From NCBI GenBank assembly GCA_963767985.1, contig CAVYGE010000006.1, positions 169 to 64,168 of the forward strand: 64,000 bases of DNA, in the 5' to 3' direction. Each line of letters begins with the position of its first letter. The stretch's first letter is position 1. This document shows, one piece after another, positions 1 to 9,221 of the stretch. Source of the stretch: an uncultured Chloroflexia bacterium (lineage in GTDB: Bacteria > Chloroflexota > Limnocylindria > QHBO01). Under the pieces are notes generated by a model. The model did not search any database. It was not told the DNA's origin and saw only the letters and a program-made list of their open reading frames with translations. A program made the translations under genes and the position numbers.

Positions 1-986
1 CGACCCGCCGCCCGCCCCCCCCCCCTTGGCGTCGATGGACAGGTCGGGCCCATGGGCCCCGGTGACATAGGTGCGAAAGAGGTGGGCGATGCGGGTGCGG
101 GCGCCGTGATGATCGCGGTCGTCGGTGAGGCGCTGCAGCACCCGCGACGCCACGATGCCGCCGCCACGCAGCAGCACGGTGCCCTCGTGAGTTGCAGCTC
201 GCGGTAGATGTGCTCGTGCGGCTTGTACGGTTGACGCCCGGCCGTAGTCGCGGTGCCGTTCGTCGGTACTCCTGCAGGTCGGGCAGGAACTTCACGCCCG
301 GGTAGCCGACGGCGACGTGGCGACCCGCTGCGGTACGCGTACCCGCCGGGGTGGCAGTGGCCCCCTCCGGTGGGGTGAGGATGGTGGAGTAGCCACCGCC
401 GATCCGGCGGCGCACCATGCGGACCTGCCCGTGCATGCACGGCCCCCGGTAGCCGATGCGGTGGTACGCCTCGGGCCATGGCTCGGAACACGTGCCCGGC
501 CTTTGGCGTGTAGTAGTCGGTCAGGATCGGCTCGGTCAGGACGTTCCAGAGCGGGGCAGGAACTTCGCGACGTTCGTCGTTCTCCGAACGCCTCGCGGCA
601 CGTGCGTAGCTGGGGAAGCCCCAGATGTTGTCCGGGTCGACGCGGAGTCGCTCGCGGCCGTTCGTTGCGCGGGATCTGCGACACGCGAGTCAGGTACTTG
701 TAGCGTGTCCCACGGCTGCTCGAGCTGGGTGAGGGACTCGACGGGACGGGTACGCACCCCGCTAGATCCGGAGGTAGTCGACGGTGACGAACGAGCCGAT
801 GCCGCCGCCGATGGACACGAACGGGACGTCGATCACCGGGATGCCGGCGGCGGCGACGAGCTCGTCGGTCCACACCGACGTCGCCAGCAGCTCGTCGGTG
901 AGGTCGCCATGGCCAGGGCGCGCCACCTCGTCGCCGTCGTTGACCAGCGTCGAGCCTGGTATCCGAATCGTCTCGCCGAAGTCCAT
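1..986 (-). CDS. putative FAD/NAD(P)-binding oxidoreductase, N-terminal part; cut by window edge and frame-broken
   Basis: ATG at 986. N-terminus MDFGETIRIPG...VIDVPFVSIGGGIGSFVTVDYLRI carries a GGGxGS dinucleotide-binding loop. There is a stop at 762, but protein-like coding continues in other minus frames (...DNIWGFPSYA...LTDYYTPKAGHVF). Confidence 0.3.
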
Positions 987-1003
987 GGGTTCCGCCTCGG
1001 TTC

Positions 1004-3140
1004 TCAGTCTCGCATCTTCGGCTCTGCGGGCGCCCCGGTCCGCCGTGCTGCGAGCCCGTCGAGCAGCTGGTCGAGCCGATCGTCGGCGCCAGCCTCGCTG
1101 TCGCGCTCGGCCCGGACGGCGAGCACTGGCGCGTTCGGCACGACCGCACCGGGTCGGCCGAGCGCGTACAACGACGAGGCTCACCGTGGTGGGGATCGGC
1201 TCGCGGCCGCGGACGACCGTCGCCTCGAACCCTGCCTTGGGGGCCCGCTCGGCGAGCCGGCGCACCCGACGCGGCACGCGGCCGGTCGTGACGCACACCA
1301 CGAGGCCCCGCCCGTCGCGAACCGCGAGTCGGGTGGCCAGCTCGAGCGCCGTGGATCCGTCAGCGCTGTCGGCGTGCACGACCAGGACCGGCCCGGCGCC
1401 GGCCGCGCCGCCCGCGGGCGTGAGCAGCGCGACCGTCGCCGGCACGTCAAGTATCAGCCGGTCGTCTCGCCCTCGGGCGCCGACTCGTCGGTCGCGACGA
1501 GCACAACGTCCGGCTCGGTAACGACCGCCTGGTCGATGAGGTCTTGGGTGGTGTCTGCCGCGGAGTGGGTGCGGACGATGCAGGGAGCGCCGTGGCCCGG
1601 TGATGCGCGCCTGCAACCGATCGAGCTCGTCGCTGGTGCGAGCCAGCTCGGCCAGCTCGCTCACCAGGCTGCTGCCCAGCTCGAGCGGCGCCGCAGTCAG
1701 CGTGCGGGTGAGGATGACCTCCGCCGGCTGCTCGCTGGCTCCCAGGTCGCGCGCCAGCGAGACGACGGCTTCGGCGCTCGGAGAGTCATCGACGACGGCC
1801 AGCACCCGGTAGGCGTCGACGGCCGAGCGCGGCCTTGGCCGCTTCGGCGACGTCGTGGCGCAGCAGGCGGTCGGGGTAGACGACGCGCAGCAGCGGCTCG
1901 GTCATGACCGTCGTGACGACCGCCATCACGACGAGCATCGTGAACAGCTGGTCGTCGAGGACGCCGAGCTCGCGGCCGACGTCGAGGATGACGAGCTCGG
2001 TCAGGCCTCGCGTGTTCATCAGCACGCCGATGGCGCCGCCTTGCGGGCGCGTCGATGCCCCGCGCCCGGGCGCCCGCCGGCGGCGCCGACGAACTTGCCC
2101 GCGCAGGCCACCAGCAGGATGAGCGGCGAGCCGCCGAGGCGCGTCGGCGCCGAGCCCCCGAATGTCGACGTCGAGCCCGGTGACGATGAAGAACACCGGC
2201 AGCAGCAGGAGCACGCTGACCTGCTCGAGCCGCTCGAGGATCTCGTGGAACAGCTCGTGGCCGTGTCCTCGCGGGGCATGACGACGCCGAACAGGAAGGC
2301 ACCGAAGATGGAGTGGATGCCGATCTTCGAGTGATGAAGGCCGAGACCAGGAAGCCGACGAGGACGACGGCCAGGATGTCCGGGGTCAGCCGGCCGCCTT
2401 GCGGTAGCGCCGCGGCCAGCGCGCTCGCAGCGGGGCCGCACGACGACGAACATGACGCCGACGAAGACGATCGACTCGACCAGGATCCTCGGCGAAGGGC
2501 CCAGATGCCTGCCGCTCTCGACGACGGCCAGGACGACCGCGAGCAGCGACCAGGCGATGATGTCGTCGACGGCCGCGCAGGCCAGCGTGAGGGCGCCGAG
2601 GGTCGTGCGGTGCATGCCGCGCTCGGTGAGGATGCGGGCCAGCACCGGGAACGCGGTGATCGACATCGACGCCCCGATGAACAGCGCGAACGGGCAGCGC
2701 ACCTCGCCGCGCCTCGGGACCGTGCCGTGGGACCCGTGGAGGACGAAGCGGCAAGCACGATGCCGAGCCCGAACGGGCAGCGACGATCGACGCCAGCGAG
2801 ATCGCGGCGGCGATGCCGCTCGCTTGCCCCGGATGAGCTTGAGGTCGAGCTCCAGGCCCACGATGAACATGAAGATGACCAGGCCGAGCTGGGCCAGCAC
2901 CTTGAGGAACGGGCGCACGTCGCCGGGGAAGAGCGTGTCGGGCAGGTCGCCGCGGAGAGCACCGAGCAGGGTCGGCCCCAGCACGATGCCGGCGATGATC
3001 TCGCCGACGACCGCCGGCTGGCGGATGCGCCGGAACAGCGTCCCGACCAGGCGCGTCGCCACCATGATGATGGCGATGTCGATGAAGACGATCGCCGCGA
3101 TCTCGTCAGGTTTCAGCGCCGCCGTCACGGGTGGGATCAC
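1004..3140 (-). CDS. cation:proton antiporter (CPA2/Kef-like) with C-terminal regulatory extension; several frame breaks
   Basis: GTG start at 3140. MIPPVTAALKPDEIAAIVFIDIAIIMVATRLVGTLFRRIRQPAVVGEIIAGIVLGPTLLG, ...ASMSITAFPVLARILTERG..., ...LLLLPVFFIVTGLDVDI..., ...MNTRGLTELVILDVG... are spread over three minus frames. Stop TGA at 1004-1006 after frame correction (..AEPKMRD*). Confidence 0.75.
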
Positions 3141-3252
3141 CCCCTACCATCGCCCCGCCCGCCGGGGATGGTGAACACTGTCACACGATTGCCGGGTAGG
3201 GCGTCGAGGTCGGATCGACCTCGCCGCGGAACTTGGGGAAGCGAGCGGACGC

Positions 3253-4069
3253 GTGCACACCATCGACCTAACGGGCATCGCTGACTACACGTTCGTCGAG
3301 CGGCTGGGCCAGGGCAATCACGGCTGGTACTTCCGTGCGGCGCGGCCCCCTCGCCCTCGCGCACACGAATGCAGAGCACGTGGCCGTGAAGGTCTTCGGC
3401 CTCCTCAGCACCTCCGGCGCGGTAGACCGGGCCATACGTGGAGCTGGAGCTGTTCGCACGGGTTCCTTCGCCGCACCTTGCGCGGCTCTACGACGCCGGG
3501 CGGGAGGGCGAGCGGTTCTACTACGCCATGGAGCACTTTCCGATTGGCTCGCTCGCCGCGGCCGGGCCCGAGCTCGACCGTGACGGCCGCGTTGCCGCTG
3601 TGCCGCGACGCGGCCAGGGCCGCGCACGACTTGCACGAGAAGGGAATCGTGCACCGCGATATCAAGCCGTCGAACGTGATGCTCACAGACGCCGGCGCCA
3701 AGCTGTCCGACCTCGGGCTGGCCCACCTGCTCGCGCAGGGCCGCGGAGGTCACCAGCATGGCGGCGGAGGTGCAAATCCGGAGTACGTCGATCCGAGGCT
3801 GGTCGACGGGGCCGCGCCGTTCCGCCGGTCGGACATCTGGTCGCTCGGCGTGACCCTGCACTGGGCGCTCACCGGCGACTCGCTCTACGGCGACCTTCCC
3901 GACAACGACCCGCTGTTCGCGGCGCGGGAAGATGCGCTCGACGCCGCCGCAGGTCGCCGAGTCCGTACCGCCCGCGGCACGAGAGTTCGTGCTCGCATGC
4001 GTCGCAGCCGCTGGTGCGGACAGACCGGCGACTGCGGCCGAGGTGGCAATGGCGATCGAGGCGTTGTAG
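3253..4069 (+). CDS. Hanks-type Ser/Thr protein kinase 1 (frame breaks in N-lobe)
   Basis: GTG 3253. G-loop ERLGQGNHGWYF, VAVKVF (alternate frame), catalytic loop HRDIKPSNVML, LSDLGLA, SDIWSLGVTLHWALTG. Corrected C-terminus ..ATAAEVAMAIEAL with TAG at 4067-4069. Confidence 0.8.
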
Positions 4070-4140
4070 CGCCTCGTGGTCAGGTGGAGCGCGGCGGCCG
4101 GCGCAGGGGTGACCGCGGTAGTCTCCGCGAAGGAGGGCCA

Positions 4141-4970
4141 GTGGCCGCGACCACGGCGGAGGGGACGCTGGTGAGGCTTGCGGGGGACATCGGGATCGCC
4201 GGGATCACCAACGCGGCGGAGATCGCCCGAGGTGGGTCGGCCATCGTCTACCGCGCCTTCAGACGCGTTTCGACCGCGACGTCGCGGTCAAGGTCATCGC
4301 GTTCAGTGACGACGTCGTGCAACGCCGGTTTGCCCGGGAATGTCAGGCGATCGGTCGACTTCGGGACTGCGAACATCCTCCCGGTGCACCACTCCGGTCT
4401 CACCGCGAGCGGCAACCCCTACCTGATCATGCCGTTTCTCGCCCAGGGGTCACTGGAGACGCAGCGCCAGCAGCGCGGCCCGCTCGACTGGCGAGAGGTC
4501 GTCCCCATCGGCGTGAAGATCGCCACACCGCTCGAGCGAGCCCATGCGGCGGGCATCCTGCACCGCGACGTGAAGCCGGCGAACATCCTCATCGGCGGCG
4601 ATGGCGAGCCGTTGCTGCGCCTCGACTTCGGCCATCGTGTGCGACATGGATGCCACCCACTCCGTGGTGCGCCGGTCACTCCGTCATACGCGCCGCCTGA
4701 GGCATGGAGCGGCGGCGCGCCCACGCCGGCGCGCGATGTGTACTCGCTCGGCGCAACCTTGCATGCGCTCCTCCTCGGCCATCCGCAGTTCGGCGCGGTC
4801 GACGCCGCGAGCAATGCCGGCGACGTCGCCACGACAGTGGCGCAGGAGACGCCGTGGGACCTTCGCGCCCAGAAGGTGCCCAACGCCGTCGCCGCCGCGG
4901 TCGAGCACGCCATGGCCAAGGATTGGGGGCGCGACCCGCGTCGGCGGCGGCGTTTGCCGACGAGCTCGGT
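4141..4970 (+). CDS. Hanks-type Ser/Thr protein kinase 2 (frame breaks); no stop before the downstream vWA domain
   Basis: RBS GAAGGAGG lies 5 nt before GTG 4141. Motifs RGGSAIVYRAF, DVAVKVIA (shifted), NPYLIMPFLAQGSLE, HRDVKPANILI, LDFG, TPSYAPPE, DVYSLGATLHALL. The tail RPASAAAFADEL is reached after a frame switch at the tggggg run near 4921-4926. Confidence 0.8.
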
Positions 4971-5705
4971 GCGGGCGGCCGAGACGGCGCGGGCGGACAG
5001 GACACGCCGGACGATGAGGACAACCGCACGCTGCCGTCTCGCCCCGGTGGGCAGATCAGCAGCCGGCAGCTGCACTTCATCTGGATCGCCGACTGCTCGG
5101 GCTCGATGTCAGCGGGTGGAAAGATCCAAGCGCTGAACAACGCGATCCGCGAGACGATCCCACACCTGCGTGACATGGCGCGCCAGAACCCGTACGCGCA
5201 GATGTTCGTGCGGGCCATTGCGTTCTCGAGTGGAGTCACCTGGCACATCGCCGATCCCGTCCGCATCGAAGAGCTCAAGTGGCACGACCTCTCGGCCGGC
5301 GGGCACACCGACATGGGTGCGGCCCTGCGCGCGGTCGCCGACGGGCTCAAAGCGCCGCACATGCCCGAGCACGCGCTCCCGCCCGCACTCGTGCTCGTCT
5401 CCGACGGCCAGCCCACCGACGACTTCGCCAGCGGGCTCCAGGCCCTCCTGGCTGAGCCGTACGGAGCGAAGGCCGTGCGCCTGGCGATCGGCATCGGTCG
5501 CGACGCCGATCTCGAAGTCCTCGACCGGTTCATCTCCCATCCGGAGATCCGAGCGACCACCGCCAACAACCCGGAGCAGCTGGTGCGCCTGATCCGGTGG
5601 GCGTCGCGTGCCGTGTCGAGCTTGGCATCCGTCGTGCGCAATGGAGAGAGCGGGGTGAAGGTGCCGCAGCAGCCGACCGATCCGAGCGAGCACGACACGT
5701 GGTGA
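4971..5705 (+). CDS. TerY-like von Willebrand factor A (vWA) domain protein, possibly the C-terminal half of kinase 2
   Basis: MIDAS-type motif LHFIWIADCSGSMSAGGKIQALNNAI, then ..GGHTDMGAAL.., ..LVLVSDGQPTDD... Stop TGA 5703-5705. No ATG/GTG/TTG in this frame between the kinase tail and the MIDAS motif. Confidence 0.8.
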   Translation, partial: AGGRDGAGGQDTPDDEDNRTLPSRPGGQISSRQLHFIWIADCSGSMSAGGKIQALNNAIRETIPHLRDMARQNPYAQMFVRAIAFSSGVTWHIADPVRIEELKWHDLSAGGHTDMGAALRAVADGLKAPHMPEHALPPALVLVSDGQPTDDFASGLQALLAEPYGAKAVRLAIGIGRDADLEVLDRFISHPEIRATTANNPEQLVRLIRWASRAVSSLASVVRNGESGVKVPQQPTDPSEHDTW

Positions 5706-7321
5706 CCGCGACCGGAGCCGACCGCTGGCACGTGCTGGCTGCCACCGCGCTGGGCTCACGCCACGTCGCGACCGGCGCGCCGAACCAAGACGCGTTCTCG
5801 GTGGTACCGGGCGTGGGCGCCCAGGCGCAGTGCGTCGCCGCCATCGCCGACGGCCACGGCGGGGCTCGATACTTCCGCAGCGAAACGGGTGCTCGGTTGG
5901 CGGTCGACATTGCGGTCGACATCGGCGGTTCGCTCCTCGAGGCGCTCGACGCGCCCACCACCAAGAAGTCCGCGCTCGGGCTCGGAGACGCCGCCACTCG
6001 CATCGTCCAGCGATGGAGTGAAGCGGTGCGCGCCGATCTGGCTGCTCATCCCGTCGGCAACGATGAGCTGGCGGCCGCTGGCGTCGCACGCGAGGAGCAC
6101 GACGCCGACGATCTCCGCACCTACGGCGCCACCCTGCTGCTCGCCGTGATGGGTGGCGCCGGGCTTGTCCTGCTCCAGATCGGCGACGGCGACATCGTCG
6201 TCGTCGACCTGACAGGCAGGGTGACCGAGCCGGTGCCGGGCGATCCCGCGCTCGTCGCGGGTGAGACCACGTCGCTCTGCCTGCCCGACGCGGCGAGCAG
6301 CTTTCGGAGCATGGTGCTCGACACCACCGGTGGCCGGGCCCCGGTGCTCGTGCTGTTGTCCACTGACGGCTTCGGCAACTCCTACGCCGACCGGGCGGCG
6401 TTCCACTCGTTCTGCACCGGTGTGCTCGAGCGAGTCGCGGAACGTGGGGTGGCGTCGGTCGAGGCCGATCTGCCCAGCTGGATCGCAGAGAGCGCACGGG
6501 TCGCCGGCGACGACGTCACGGTGGTCGCACTGCTCGATACCGCTTCAGCACCCGCGTCCGCGAAGGCCGCGGCGCGGGCCGCGGCGGACCGCACCGTCGC
6601 GGTGCCGACAACCGCGGCGGCGCCGCCCGCGGGTGCGCCGCCGCCGAGCGCTCCTCCGCGCCAAGCGAGGGCCGCACCGTCACCCAGGGGTTCGGGCGCC
6701 GGCGCCGCACCGCCGTGGACCATCGTCGCGGTCGCCGCGATCGTCCGCGCTCTTGCTCGGGGTCGTCGTTGGGCGAGCGACGAAGAAGACAAACACGGCC
6801 GCCACCACCGCCACCACCACGCCGCCAGCGACCACAACCGCCGGGGCTGGCGCCGGCGCGACGACGGTGTGGCTGCCGACAGCACGAGGCTTGATCCAAG
6901 TCGAGCCCGGCGCCCCTCCCGCGCTCTCGTCCCCGGCTTGGCCAACGCGCCAACTGATGCCGTGACCGTGCGTGGTGCGCTCTGGCTGGCCGCCGGACGG
7001 TTGGTGTTTCCGCAGGGGCAACGGGGCGACGCGCTTGAGTTCCCGGCCACAGTCACGAGCGTCGGCACCGACGGAATCGATGTGTGGGTCGCGCTCGCCG
7101 ACGGTGGCGTCTTTCGCATCGATGCCGCCCAGCGCTGCACCAGCTACGCAGGTGCCGTCGCCGCGACCACGGTCACCACCACGACGAGCCAGCCGCCCGT
7201 GGCAACGGGAGGCCAACCCTCCGGTGGTGCGCCGTCGCAGAGCCCGAGTCCGACGACGGTGGCTCCGGCGGCAGTGGCGCCCAACGAGCAGGTGGCCGAG
7301 AACCCATGTCCGGGCAGCTGA
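5702..7321 (+). CDS. PP2C-family Ser/Thr phosphatase with Pro/Ala linker, probable TM helix and C-terminal ectodomain
   Basis: GTG 5702 overlaps the vWA stop (GTGA). Motifs NQDAF, IADGHGGARY, LLQIGDGDIV, LLSTDGFGNS, DDVTVV. A hydrophobic stretch (WTIVAVAAIV / ALLLGVVVG) is visible only if two compensating frame shifts between about 6745 and 6960 are assumed. Confidence 0.8.
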   Translation: MTATGADRWHVLAATALGSRHVATGAPNQDAFSVVPGVGAQAQCVAAIADGHGGARYFRSETGARLAVDIAVDIGGSLLEALDAPTTKKSALGLGDAATRIVQRWSEAVRADLAAHPVGNDELAAAGVAREEHDADDLRTYGATLLLAVMGGAGLVLLQIGDGDIVVVDLTGRVTEPVPGDPALVAGETTSLCLPDAASSFRSMVLDTTGGRAPVLVLLSTDGFGNSYADRAAFHSFCTGVLERVAERGVASVEADLPSWIAESARVAGDDVTVVALLDTASAPASAKAAARAAADRTVAVPTTAAAPPAGAPPPSAPPRQARAAPSPRGSGAGAAPPWTIVAVAAIVRALARGRRWASDEEDKHGRHHRHHHAASDHNRRGWRRRDDGVAADSTRLDPSRARRPSRALVPGLANAPTDAVTVRGALWLAAGRLVFPQGQRGDALEFPATVTSVGTDGIDVWVALADGGVFRIDAAQRCTSYAGAVAATTVTTTTSQPPVATGGQPSGGAPSQSPSPTTVAPAAVAPNEQVAENPCPGS

Positions 7322-7358
7322 TGCGCGATGGACAACATGAAGGCGAAGGCGAGCATTG

Positions 7359-9221
7359 ATGAGTGAGCTGCGAATCGAGCTCGGCGGCCAGCGGATCACG
7401 GTCGCGCCCGGCGCGGTGGTGACGATTGGACGCGAGCCCGACCGCGACATCCGATCCGACAACCCTGCGGTCTCGCGCCGCCACGGCGAGGTGCAGTACG
7501 ACGGCGTCAGCTGGGTGTACAGCGACGCCAACAGCACCGGTGGCACCTACCAGGGAGGACAGCGCGTCACCCGGGTCGTGCTCACCGGGCCGGCCGAGCT
7601 GTGGCTCGGCGCACCGTCGGAGCCAGGCGACCGGCTGCGCCTCGAGCCGGTAGGCGTAGGCGGCGGCGGGCGGGCCCCGCTCGATCGCACGGTCGGGCCG
7701 ACGCCCGCCGGCGACACTTCGCTGCGTCTGCGCTTCGGTGTGCACGACGGTGTCTACAGCCCGGGCCAGGTCATCACCGTTGGGCGTGCACCCGAGTGCG
7801 ATCTCACCACCGACAACCCGCTCGTATCCGGGCACCACGCTCGCATCCTGTGGTCGGGGGGCCAGTGGACGCTCGAGGATGCGGGGAGCAAGCGCGGCAC
7901 CTACGTCGGTGGGCGCAAGGTCCGCAGCACCCGTCTGGGTGGGGCCATGACCGTGTGGTTCGGGCCACCCGAGGCGGGCGAGAAGCTCACTGTCCTCACC
8001 GGGGGCGAGGCGCCGCGCACACCGGCGTCGGTTCTCCGCCCGTCGGTGGTGGCCGGTGCCGCGCTCGTGCTCGCCGCCGTGGCCGTGCTGGTGGTGGTGT
8101 TCCTCGGAGGCGGAGACGATGACGAGCTCGACGTTGCTGCGCTGCGGCGAGCCACTGTGCTGGTCTCGGAGGAGGCGAGCGACCCGACGAGCTGGGGCAG
8201 CGGCAGCATCGTGTCGGCCGATGGACTCGTGCTCACCAATGCCCACGTTGCCGCGCCGGCGGCGCCCGGCCGCGGCGTCAGCCAGCGCGAACCTGTGTCG
8301 GAGCGGAACCCGGCCCGCCTCTACATCTACGTGGTGGAGGACGAGGACGCACCGGCGCGGCCGGCGTACACGGCCAAGGTGATGGCGGCCGACGGGTACC
8401 TCGACTTCGCGGTCCTGCAGATCGACCGGACCGCGGCCGGAGATCCAGTCGACCGCAAGAAGCTCAAGCTCCCTGCGGTCAAGCTCGGTGATTCGCGCGC
8501 GCTCAAGGTCGACGAGGACCTGCTCGTTCTGGGCTTTCCTGGGATCTCGGAAACACAATCGATCAACGTCTCCCGAGGGGTGGTCTCCAGCTTCCTCGTC
8601 GATGAGCGGGTTGCCGGTCCCCGCTCATGGATCAACACCGACGCCACCATCAGCCCGGGGAACTCAGGGGGTCTGGCCGCCGATCACCGCGGTCGGCTGG
8701 TGGGCGTCCCGACCCTGGTTGTCGCCGAGCGGTCCGGAATCCCGCTGACGATCGGCCGGCTCCGGCCCATCCACCTCGCGCAGCCGGTCATCGACGCGGC
8801 CCGCCGCGGCATCGCGTACGACCAGAACAAGTGGGTCAAGCAGCCGACCGGGGACGAGAGCTTCGACTACGAGGGTGTTCTCGACACCGACGCGGAGCAG
8901 TGCGAAGACCGTGCGTTCGTCGGCTACCGCTCGGGCACGCCGGTCATCAACACCCAGCTGCGGTACTCCGGCATGACTGAGGACCAAGAGGTCTTCTTCG
9001 GATTGCACCAGGTCCGGGGCACGACCCTGGTGCTCGTCGACAGCGTCGCGGCGCGGTGGGAGGACTCTGATGCTGCGGGCTGCCTGTTGGTGGCGTTCCG
9101 CAACATCGGGACGGGCGGTGTGCAACGGCCGTTCCCCGATGGCACGTACAAGGTGCTTGTGCAGGCCGGCCCCAACTACGAGACCCAGCTCGCCGAAGGC
9201 GACGTCGACGTGGGTGGGTGA
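7359..9221 (+). CDS. FHA-FHA-TM-trypsin-like (S1, Trypsin_2-type) serine protease with extra C-terminal domain; intact ORF
   Basis: Two FHA cores (VTIGREPDRDIRSDNPAVSRRHGEV...; ITVGRAPECDLTTDNPLVSGHHARI...). TM helix VVAGAALVLAAVAVLVVVFLGG. Catalytic triad contexts LTNAHV, DFAVLQI, ISPGNSGG. About 150 aa of unassigned C-terminus. Confidence 0.85.
   Translation: MSELRIELGGQRITVAPGAVVTIGREPDRDIRSDNPAVSRRHGEVQYDGVSWVYSDANSTGGTYQGGQRVTRVVLTGPAELWLGAPSEPGDRLRLEPVGVGGGGRAPLDRTVGPTPAGDTSLRLRFGVHDGVYSPGQVITVGRAPECDLTTDNPLVSGHHARILWSGGQWTLEDAGSKRGTYVGGRKVRSTRLGGAMTVWFGPPEAGEKLTVLTGGEAPRTPASVLRPSVVAGAALVLAAVAVLVVVFLGGGDDDELDVAALRRATVLVSEEASDPTSWGSGSIVSADGLVLTNAHVAAPAAPGRGVSQREPVSERNPARLYIYVVEDEDAPARPAYTAKVMAADGYLDFAVLQIDRTAAGDPVDRKKLKLPAVKLGDSRALKVDEDLLVLGFPGISETQSINVSRGVVSSFLVDERVAGPRSWINTDATISPGNSGGLAADHRGRLVGVPTLVVAERSGIPLTIGRLRPIHLAQPVIDAARRGIAYDQNKWVKQPTGDESFDYEGVLDTDAEQCEDRAFVGYRSGTPVINTQLRYSGMTEDQEVFFGLHQVRGTTLVLVDSVAARWEDSDAAGCLLVAFRNIGTGGVQRPFPDGTYKVLVQAGPNYETQLAEGDVDVGG

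Noticed and set aside
292-1296. Long Arg/Pro/Ala-rich ORFs antisense or out of frame to recognisable genes. Examples: 292-1296, 5109-6497, 18782-20719, 27369-29975, 33915-36710, 35935-37926 and 38390-39619.
   Set aside because: Their composition is extremely biased (R, P, A, G) and they have no recognisable motifs. Each overlaps a gene with clear family signatures in another frame. These are the usual shadow ORFs of high-GC DNA.
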